Of a stretch of DNA of 64,000 nucleotides, positions 54,922 through 63,020 are shown one piece after another. The position numbers and the translations under genes were made by a program. Source of the stretch: Nitrospirota bacterium (GTDB lineage Bacteria > Nitrospirota > UBA9217); NCBI GenBank assembly GCA_963737155.1, contig CAVTRN010000002.1, forward strand, positions 168,287 to 232,286. The letters run 5' to 3'. The first letter of the stretch is position 1; each line of letters starts with the position of its first letter. A model generated the notes under the pieces. The model did not search any database. It worked only from the letters and a program-made list of their open reading frames with translations, and was not told where the DNA came from.

Positions 54922-56916
54922 TTAAACCTGGATAGGAAGAATGATTACCGGAATTCCCTGGCTATATAAGCTTCTCTGAACGGCGAAAATTGTATAGTTG
55001 TGGAATAAGCCGGACAGTACGTTTGTGCTGGGGAATACCAACTGGCCACCGAAGAGGATGGTGTTCGGGAAGCGTTCAAGAATCTGCGGGGATAGGCAGG
55101 CGATTTCGTCAACAACATCATTGCCGAACGAGGCATAGGAAGCGGAATAATATCCGTGGCACCGCATGTAGTGCACGTAGCGTTCCAGCTCTTTTTTTAC
55201 GCTTTTTTTCATATGGGACATTTCTTCCACACCCTTGAAATTCCCGGCATCCACAATGCCGACCTGGATGAAAACGAAATTATTAAAGGTTCCTCCAAAG
55301 AGACGTATGATACTGAAGAGCGTATGAAGTCCCAGACCGTTGAAGCCGTTTACGAGCAGGATCGCGGTCTTGTCCTCGGGATCGTACTTTATCTGATGTT
55401 CCGTTTCCGTATCACCGTGTTTAATTGGGCATGAGGATTCCGCCACCGTCACCAGTTCATCAAGTCGCTTGAGGACATGCAGTGTGTTCTGATAGTGGCG
55501 CCGCGTCAGCAGGGCGATACAGATTAGCGTTCCGCTAAGTATCAAGGTGATCCATCCTCCCTCGTTGAACTTGATGATGGTCACCGTGACGAGGATAAAG
55601 AAGGTAAGAGTCATACCTATCCCGTTGATGAACAGCTTCTTCTCCCAGTGTTCCTCCTGTCCCCGAACCTGCCACCAATGACGTACCATACCGAACTGGG
55701 ACAGGAAAAAGGTGATAAACACGTTGATGCTGTACAGGACGACGAGGTACGTGACGGAACCGCCGGTAAGGATCATGGTTGCGAGCGCCGCGCCGCCCAT
55801 CATCAAGATACCTTTCTGGGTCACCAGACGGTCGCTTAGCATGGCGAATTTGCTCGGGAACCAGCGGTCGAGCGCCATGTTCGCGAGTACCCGCGGTCCG
55901 TCAAGAAAACCTGTCTGGGCTGCGATAAAAAGGAGCGCCGCCTCGGACAGGAGCGTAATAAGAACGAAAATGATCCCTGACCGTCCCCAGTTTTTGGTCA
56001 TGGTTTCGAACAGCACCGCATTCAGTGTCTTTCCGGACTGGGGAACGACGCGATAGAGCAGGTAGGCCAGCATCAGTCCCATGACGACCAGAGCAAGAGA
56101 TATGGCCATGTAGTGCATTGTGCGCTTGCCGGTCTGGACCTTCGGTTCACGGAGAATCGGGAGGCCGTTGCTCACCGCCTCGATGCCCGTGTACGTGCCG
56201 GCCCCCATGCTGTAGGCGCGCAGAATGAGCAGGGCCATGCCGACGAAACCAAGTTCAGCATGCGTCTGCAACACATCGGCCCTCGTTGCTGCGGCCACAG
56301 CGCCAAAGCTTCCAAGATTCGCGAAAATCGCATAACCGATTATGAATGCGTGGGTGATTACGAAGGTGAGAAATATGGGAACTAGGGGAAGAACAGATTC
56401 CTTGACCCCGCGCATGTTCATGACCGTGAGGAGTAGGACGCCAGCGATTGCAAAAGATACCTTGTAGTGGAGCCATGACATCGGGAGAAAACTGAATAGG
56501 GCGTCAGCGCCGCTTGCCACGGATATTGTGATTGTGAGAACATAATCGATCAGGAGCGCCGAACCGGAAACCATGCCAGCCGTGGGAGAGAGAAGTTTGC
56601 TCGCCACGAGATAACCACCGCCTCCCGACGGAAAGAGCTCGATGATCTGCGAGTAGCTCGTCGCGATGATGAACACCGTAAGCCCCGACATGAGGGCAAC
56701 AAAGATACTGAGGTAGACATGACCATGGAAAGCGTTAAACGCTTCTTCGGGGCCGTAGCAGGATGATGACAGACCGTCGGCGCCCAGTCCTACCCAAGCG
56801 AAAAAAGCGATGAGCGAAAGCTTGTGAAACAGCGAGTCGTCCTCGATATTATGCTTTCCGCCGATGACAAGGGTTTTACAACGTTGCAATAGGGAAGGTT
56901 TAAGTGGCTGAACCAT
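54922..56916 (-). CDS. APC-superfamily permease with cytoplasmic C-terminal domain (KimA-like; possible K+ importer)
   Basis: 664 aa, about 12 TM (…GLGADGLSSSCYGPEEAF...FPSGGGGYLVASKLL...), plus a ~200-aa soluble C-terminal domain. The substrate assignment is inference. Confidence 0.8.
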   Translation of the reverse strand: MVQPLKPSLLQRCKTLVIGGKHNIEDDSLFHKLSLIAFFAWVGLGADGLSSSCYGPEEAFNAFHGHVYLSIFVALMSGLTVFIIATSYSQIIELFPSGGGGYLVASKLLSPTAGMVSGSALLIDYVLTITISVASGADALFSFLPMSWLHYKVSFAIAGVLLLTVMNMRGVKESVLPLVPIFLTFVITHAFIIGYAIFANLGSFGAVAAATRADVLQTHAELGFVGMALLILRAYSMGAGTYTGIEAVSNGLPILREPKVQTGKRTMHYMAISLALVVMGLMLAYLLYRVVPQSGKTLNAVLFETMTKNWGRSGIIFVLITLLSEAALLFIAAQTGFLDGPRVLANMALDRWFPSKFAMLSDRLVTQKGILMMGGAALATMILTGGSVTYLVVLYSINVFITFFLSQFGMVRHWWQVRGQEEHWEKKLFINGIGMTLTFFILVTVTIIKFNEGGWITLILSGTLICIALLTRRHYQNTLHVLKRLDELVTVAESSCPIKHGDTETEHQIKYDPEDKTAILLVNGFNGLGLHTLFSIIRLFGGTFNNFVFIQVGIVDAGNFKGVEEMSHMKKSVKKELERYVHYMRCHGYYSASYASFGNDVVDEIACLSPQILERFPNTILFGGQLVFPSTNVLSGLFHNYTIFAVQRSLYSQGIPVIILPIQV

Positions 56917-57234
56917 GAAAAAATACTCCGTTCTTTTCTGCGCCGCGGTTGATGCGGCACTTTATCAATCTGCGCCGTAAAACCCCGTAATCTCTTCAGT
57001 GCGGGGAGGTTGTCAAATGTACCGCAGGCAATAGCAATTATAAAGCAAGGTTAATACCATTAAAAGGTGAAGATCAGTTGCAGATAAAAGTATTGATTCT
57101 CCAGAAAAAATTTTGTTCAACCTTCCTCTTTTTGTTTGAAGAAATAGTGTCTTATCGATGCTTTTTTGTGCATATGCTCAAGGAATGTGCAGGGTTGAGC
57201 TCTGCCGATAGCTGATCTCCGGTTCGTTCATCAA

Positions 57235-57420
57235 GAATCAAGGTCTTGCTGGGTCTGCCTCTTGTTTATGTCTGAGCTGGGTCATATATACGCGCAGGTA
57301 CTCAACGTCATGGATATGCGCAGGCACGCTGGAGAAGCTGGTCGGGATTAGACCTGTGTTCTTCCATATACCTGTATGCTTTCAAGAAGGTACGCTGACT
57401 ATTTTTTAGTTTATATTTTT
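57235..57420 (-). pseudogene. fragment of a KdpE/OmpR-type response regulator (winged-helix C-terminus, frameshifted)
   Basis: Minus-strand frame HDVEYLRVYMTQLRHKQEADPARP* matches KdpE ...HYLRIYMGHLRQKLEQDPARP. The upstream part is in another frame. Confidence 0.5.
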
Positions 57421-57458
57421 TCATATTTCGTACGTCCTGTGTAAGTTATTTAATATAA

Positions 57459-57710
57459 GCTCCTGATGCACTAATGCCCGAGCAGCCGTTTATGATCGCC
57501 CATGTGGGATAGTGCTAGGCTAATATTAGGTATTGGGGAAACGCATGGCATGAATCAACGACAGCTATGTTTCATTATGTCGCCATCTGAGCTGCTATCT
57601 TTTTGCCATTCTGCCAAAGTTTTTAGCAGATTGTGCGTCGCGCAGATAAGTTTTCATTCCTGGGAGCATACATCAAGCTCTTGGCGCATATAGTGTCGGA
57701 TATGCCGCTT
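57459..57710 (-). pseudogene. decayed end of a second IS1182-family element (IR plus transposase 3' end)
   Basis: It aligns with 22617-22870 of the intact copy (…GCCGTTTATGATCGCCCAT(A/G)TGGGATAGTGC..., ...ATTGTGCGTCGCGCAGAT...CATTCCTGGGAGCA...). It is preceded by the same ATAA as the intact copy. Confidence 0.65.
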
Positions 57711-57950
57711 TGACTGGCGAGGTCGGAGACGGTAAGATATTCGTGCATAAGATAGCCAATGCGATACGGATAAGGACCAAGGAAAGCGACATGGCGGCGT
57801 TATGATCTGCTAATTCGACAGTTGAATAAAAACTCCAAACGGAATTATTCATTTTCTTTGTGATCCTGGTTCTCCGAACCTACAACAGTGCAATGTCAAT
57901 TTGGTGACGCAGGCGATTAATACAGATGAAACCTGTAGTGGGTAATTAAC

Positions 57951-59578
57951 TAGAGTCTGTATTTTAATGCAAAAAACGCATTGCGCGAGTGCGACCGAGG
58001 ACGCCGTAAGATGTGGTAATTCCCCCGCATTCGCGTTTATAGCCTCGCCGTTTGAGGTAGTTTCGTAATAACATAGCCATAATGCTAATTTTGAACGCAC
58101 TGGTGCTATAAGGGTTGATTGATGATTGAGTTTTCGTTACTGTCGGGCCGTTTGAATCTTGGTGATCAGCAGTCCAGTCATAACCCGAATATTATACGCA
58201 ATTGCACTCCAGTAAATTTTCGCGTTGAAGTGTGGTCGTGTCTTCCATTCGCAGCGAAACATATCGAACCCTCTTTTGAAATTCGATATGACAGCCTCGA
58301 TGCCGCTCCGCCACTTCTTAAGACGCGTTTCCAGGTTCAGGCTGCTCGTCAAATTCTTGAGCGATCCAACGATCTTGTTGAATACGATATTGACGACCCC
58401 TTTATTTTTCGCCAGTTGCTGGTTCAAGAGAGACGCATAGCCGCCGTCCGTCGTCATATCGCGCGGCACGATGCCATAGTTTTCCTTGATTCGATCAATC
58501 ACGCTGCCGTATTCCTGAGTGTCGCTGGGGTTGCCATCAAGAATCTTGCAGTCGATAATCAGCATGCTCGCACCTGTCGCCAGATTGATCTTATGCCCGA
58601 ACGTCGCTTCACGTTTGCCTTTTACGATGATATCGGTATGATCCTCAAAGATCGAAAACAGCTTGTCCTCGTTCGGCACTTTCTCTCCCAGGATCTCGTG
58701 GCGATGCGTCATGCTGTAAACCCTCTCCGCCTTCGGGAGAAGATTCTTGATTTCAGTCGCAAGAGCCAAAGCCGCATCGTCTGCGTACCGAAGCGAAGGC
58801 AACACAACAAGCGCGGCCTCAGCCTGATTAATGCTGGTTCGAAGCAATTTCGACTGTTTTTCAAAGGTTTCTTTGCGCTTCTCGCCCGGCTTCGTGTTGT
58901 TGATCTTGCCGAAATGCTTCTTGGCCTGCTTCTTGTACCGCCGCCCCGTGATCACTCCACCGGTCTCTTCAGCGAGTTTTACGAGCAGCCGGTCAAAGGT
59001 CTTGATGCAGTCCCACATCAGCGAATTGTTCGTCGGATAATGGACGTTTGTCTCGATTGCCGTGGAATCGGTTCGCGCCTTGCTGAAATCATCAAGTCCT
59101 TCCGCTTGGGCAATCTTGTTGATTGCGATCATCACTTGCTCAAGCGTTTCCGCTTTGATCATCGAGATGTACTTCTGCCAGACCGAGAAGGATATGGGGG
59201 ACCTGCCGTTAAGTTTGAGAAACAGCACGCAGATGCGAGAATCGTGTTGGGCGTACTCCAACTCCCGATATGTCAGCGTCTTCATCTCCTTATACAACGC
59301 GCCGCGCAGAATTTGCTCGATTGTGGGGGTGTCCTTTCTGCTAAGACTTTTTCCCGTGCTGCCCTTGAAGTCCCGTTTGACAAGCTCGTAAATTTCGGGA
59401 TGCAACGACAAAATCGTGTCGATAACCGCGAATTCCGTGTTGACTGCCCAGTGCGGATTCTCAAGCGTGAGTGTCAATTCGTTCAAAAGCTTCATCGTTT
59501 CCCCCTTGCTGATTTTGTTACGCCACTATACTTTTATCGTGCAGAATCAGCAAGTTAAATGATTAAATACAGACTCTA
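57951..59578 (-). mobile_element. IS5/ISNCY-like insertion sequence
   Basis: Terminal inverted repeats TAGAGTCTGTATTTTAAT (57951-57968) and ATTAAATACAGACTCTA (59562-59578). It carries a single transposase gene. Confidence 0.7.
58137..59495 (-). CDS. DDE transposase (IS4/IS5 superfamily, ISNCY-like)
   Basis: 452 aa; ...ARTDSTAIETNVHYPTNNSLMWDC..., ...DMTTDGGYAS..., ...IEAVISNFKRGFDMFRCEWK...YWSAIAYNI; AAGGGGGA SD. Confidence 0.85.
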   Translation of the reverse strand: MKLLNELTLTLENPHWAVNTEFAVIDTILSLHPEIYELVKRDFKGSTGKSLSRKDTPTIEQILRGALYKEMKTLTYRELEYAQHDSRICVLFLKLNGRSPISFSVWQKYISMIKAETLEQVMIAINKIAQAEGLDDFSKARTDSTAIETNVHYPTNNSLMWDCIKTFDRLLVKLAEETGGVITGRRYKKQAKKHFGKINNTKPGEKRKETFEKQSKLLRTSINQAEAALVVLPSLRYADDAALALATEIKNLLPKAERVYSMTHRHEILGEKVPNEDKLFSIFEDHTDIIVKGKREATFGHKINLATGASMLIIDCKILDGNPSDTQEYGSVIDRIKENYGIVPRDMTTDGGYASLLNQQLAKNKGVVNIVFNKIVGSLKNLTSSLNLETRLKKWRSGIEAVISNFKRGFDMFRCEWKTRPHFNAKIYWSAIAYNIRVMTGLLITKIQTARQ

Positions 59579-60016
59579 ACTAGTATTACTACATCGTATC
59601 CTGCTTATGGAAAGCTGGAAGGACAATTAACTAAAAACTACAAACGGAATTCTTCCTTATCCTGGCGATTATGGCTCTCCGAGCTACACCTCCCATGAAG
59701 AGGTTTGTCAAGTGCCGCCCTTGAATTTTATGTTAAATGCTACTATTGCAGTATGTTTTGTGTGAAACCGCATCAGTCTCGCCAAGTGGTCCGGTTATTT
59801 AATAAGGGAATCAGCCATCCTCTCATTCGAGCTCACCCTTCAGGTGTCTGACCTTATTGATGCTGATGGCACGCCCATTCTACAAGCTGATAACTTCAAT
59901 CAAGCGAAACAATTATCTGTTACCAGTCGAAACTTATACCTAAAACGCTCAAGGTGAGCCACGCAGAGCCGCGTCAGCGGGTCGGCGTTGGCTCGACCGC
60001 ATTGTTGGCCATTCGA

Positions 60017-60421
60017 TTACACGATTTGCTTTCCGGCGTCCGGTCCCACGGACTGGTCGTAAACGGCTTCCACCGTGATTCGGACAACGTACTGGAGTGG
60101 CGGCAACTTCATCGGCGCTTTCTTTATTTCCTCTCTCATTTGTTCGAACAGCAATCCAGACTCCAGGATTTCTGCCGATCCTTTGATCTGGTAGCCTTTG
60201 TAAGTCGTCATGTCCGCGACAGTGACCGCGACTTTGGGATTTGCCCGGAGGTTTTCACGAGTCTTCCGTGAAAACAGATCGGCAAAAATGACATACTCGT
60301 CATCAATCACCCGAACGGAGCCTTTGGGTGTCGTGTTGGGCATGCCATCGGATGCGGCTGTCGCCACCCACGCCATTTTGCCTTTCAGGAACTCCTGAAC
60401 TTCTACTGGTATTCGTGCCAT
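60017..60421 (-). CDS. pyridoxamine 5'-phosphate oxidase-like FMN-binding split-barrel protein
   Basis: ...MAWVATAASDGMPNTTPKGSVRVIDDEYVIFADLFSRKTRENLRANPKVAVTV... is the PNPOx-like pattern. Confidence 0.8.
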   Translation of the reverse strand: MARIPVEVQEFLKGKMAWVATAASDGMPNTTPKGSVRVIDDEYVIFADLFSRKTRENLRANPKVAVTVADMTTYKGYQIKGSAEILESGLLFEQMREEIKKAPMKLPPLQYVVRITVEAVYDQSVGPDAGKQIV

Positions 60422-61043
60422 TTTTCTGTCCTTTCTTTGTGTTGTTTTTAGCTACTCGTTTCGGTTTTTCAGTAAATCTCTCGAAGGCATCCTTCTTACT
60501 GGCCAACAAGAGATTGAGCCATTCTCCTCAATTGTTAAACTCAGATTTTGATTGGCAGCATAAATTATGGAAGCTGTGAGCAGAAGTGAAACTTATCAAG
60601 AAGTTAAATTTCGCTCAACATGTAAAAATTCATACTTGAGGAGTTTCGGCCAATTACGGCCAAACATGTACTTGAGAAAAGTATATAGAATTTTGTTTGA
60701 ATGATCAATAATAATCAACAGCCTGAACGAACCTGCCGCATGGGCAGATTCAAAATGGGATAGCAAATACGAAGTGAAAGATTGGATGTTGTCTAAGCAG
60801 TCTTGGGTGTGAAATACAGGAAGTACTTGTTGCCAGGAGAATCATGTCATAATATCCATGATTCAAACAGAAGATTTCACCGTCCTAATAATTCTTAACC
60901 TCCCACATCCGCCTACTGAGATAACAAATCACTCAATATCTGGTGCTATCTCAAAAGTGCTTCCCCGAAACTCTTGCTTTAGTAATGATATAATTGTGAT
61001 CGATAAGGTATTTCACCATTCTGGCACTTTTAAGGAGGGAACT

Positions 61044-61514
61044 ATGGGAGAAGTCATTCACACATCCCGCATAAGGATAGTTCGGGAAAAGGGGCCCACT
61101 CGCAAAGCTGTGATCGAGGGATTTAACGAACCAATTTATTATGGCGTGCATGGCGGAATCAAGAAATTTTACAAAGTCGAACCCGAGGAAGAGCACGCAG
61201 CCACGCTCGACCATATTGTGGCTGCAACAGCAGGCTGAATGATGGGAACACTGGCCGCGGCGCTGGCCGGAAAGAAAATACGAACGTCCGAAGAGCTTTA
61301 CTCGGCCGATGTTGAAGGAGACATTGAGAACGTAAATGGCATTCTGAAAATCACGAAGATTAGGGTAAAGTACTATCTCAAAGTACCGGCAGGGAAATCC
61401 GCTGAAGCAAGAGCGGCATTTTCCTCATACATAGTTGGATGTCCGGCGGCGCAAAGTGTCATCGGTTGTATAGATATCAGGGACGATCTTGCAATCGAAG
61501 AAATGAAAGAGTAA
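61044..61514 (+). CDS. OsmC/Ohr-family peroxiredoxin-like protein with in-frame TGA (candidate Sec) at the peroxidatic Cys position
   Basis: ATG 61044 (AAGGAGG SD). ...LDHIVAATAG-TGA(61236-61238)-MMGTLAAALAG... runs in frame into track ORF 61239..61514, which carries the second OsmC Cys (VGCPAAQSV). Hairpin CTGGCC/GGCCGG at 61251-61270. Confidence 0.65.
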
Positions 61515-61903
61515 ATGATGGATTGAGCCTTATTTCATTGCGAATGATAATGCCAACGATTTTAAAGGCCAACCTTGCGTCTTGCTCAATGCATAAGCGG
61601 TGAGGTTTGCGGGAAATAATCTCGCGTTTAACGCTCTGATCCAAAAGAGAAGGTTGTATGTAGCATCGGGGAAACCTGGTTTTGATAGTTATTTCCCGCA
61701 ACCGCATATTCAGGAAATTGCAACATGCGTTGGTTACAGGATGTAAATTACATCGTTTCAAAAAACGTAAACTCATTTGCTTCAGGAAGTTAATGTTGAG
61801 AATAAACCTATCCCAAAATGCAATGGTTCAAAGTAAAGTTGTGATCCGTTCACATAGCGGCTGTCGGGTCCAACTTTCGCGCAATTATGACCTTCTATTA
61901 CCT

Positions 61904-62347
61904 CTACACACACAAGGACCATTCGGCTGTCATAGGATCAGTGGGATGATTGTAATTATCCGGATAGAAACTATCATTCATTATTGCGCAGACAATCCAA
62001 CCCATGCTGTCCTGTGTGTTCGTGATTTTGAAGGGGCCGGGACCATATGCTCCGCCGACAAACTGACGATCCTGAGTAAGTACAAGCGTGATCGCAGACC
62101 ATTTAGGGACCTCATTAAAGATCGTATTAGAATCACCGGCAGGCCCCCAATAGGGACGGGATTTCCCAGGCGACCACTGCCCGTGAATGCTGATAGTTCT
62201 GCAATTACCGAAAGAGATTGTACCTAGATACGTTAACCCCATGGGATCCAATATCTTCGTATCAAGAATAATCTTAGGTGATGCGCCCAATAGCTTTGTT
62301 ATGTCAAGATTGGGTGCATTAAGCTCAAGCGCTTGTTTCTCGGTCAT
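61904..62347 (-). CDS. PA-IL (LecA)-like lectin domain protein
   Basis: CRTISIHGQWSPGKSRPYWGPAGD and IVCAIMNDSFYPDNYN parallel LecA's [23 protein letters not shown] and ITLIYNDVPGTYGNN (from memory). GGAGGG SD. Confidence 0.5.
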   Translation of the reverse strand: MTEKQALELNAPNLDITKLLGASPKIILDTKILDPMGLTYLGTISFGNCRTISIHGQWSPGKSRPYWGPAGDSNTIFNEVPKWSAITLVLTQDRQFVGGAYGPGPFKITNTQDSMGWIVCAIMNDSFYPDNYNHPTDPMTAEWSLCV

Positions 62348-63020
62348 TTATCCCTCCATTTGGTTTGCTGGTTTTCGCTCGCTTCATGAATCTCTTAACT
62401 AAAAATAATACCACAAACTGCATGATACAAATAGATTATGTGATCACCTGATGAGGCAGTAGTCTGTATTACATGCTTCACATGCGATTCTACACGTCTT
62501 CAAAAATTATCTTTATATCGTCACCATCTACAAGCTTGCAGAGTTGTTGACTGAAATTCAATGCACAATAACTACTTGAAAGGTATAATGTAAAGTTCTT
62601 GGCTATGTTGAGTTAGATTTGCGTTTGCCAAGCAAATATCTGTTTTCTTGTCCTATTATCCTCCTTTCATTCTGGATTACTTAACATAATAATTTCCAGT
62701 TGATCGCATTTAAATCACCGGAGGAGAGCTACGTAAGAAAAGTCATCGCCGAATAAAACTGATTCTGTGAAACGTCATGAGGAGCAAGAGAGTTCTGCAA
62801 TCATTCCCTTCGGGAATATATTAGAAAAGAGGGATACGCATCTGGTGGAATGGCAGAAAACAGCTATGCATCTGCTTCAATCAGGAGTGGATATTACCGT
62901 AATTGGAAGCGTGTGCTTCAGAAATTGTCTCTTCCGCATACCAATGCAGTCCGTTTTAAAACCGCTGACCCGCTCTTGGAGTTTCTGGAGAGTCTGTGAT
63001 TATATGTAGACTCTCTCTGA

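Noticed and set aside
56917-57235. c-di-AMP (ydaO/kimA-type) riboswitch upstream of the KimA-like permease
   Set aside because: Only one ACGGGG element and a few short hairpins (CCCCG...CGGGG; GCCGC...GCGGC) are present. There is no pseudo-twofold architecture.
58119-59558. 479-aa plus-strand ORF opposite the IS5-like transposase
   Set aside because: The transposase on the minus strand has clear DDE motifs and an SD. The antisense ORF has none.
62800-62940. Tyrosine recombinase fragment (…TAMHLLQSGVDITVI…) near IS607 copy 2
   Set aside because: Only about 15 residues resemble the integrase HxLLxxGxD motif. The following catalytic region cannot be recovered in any frame.
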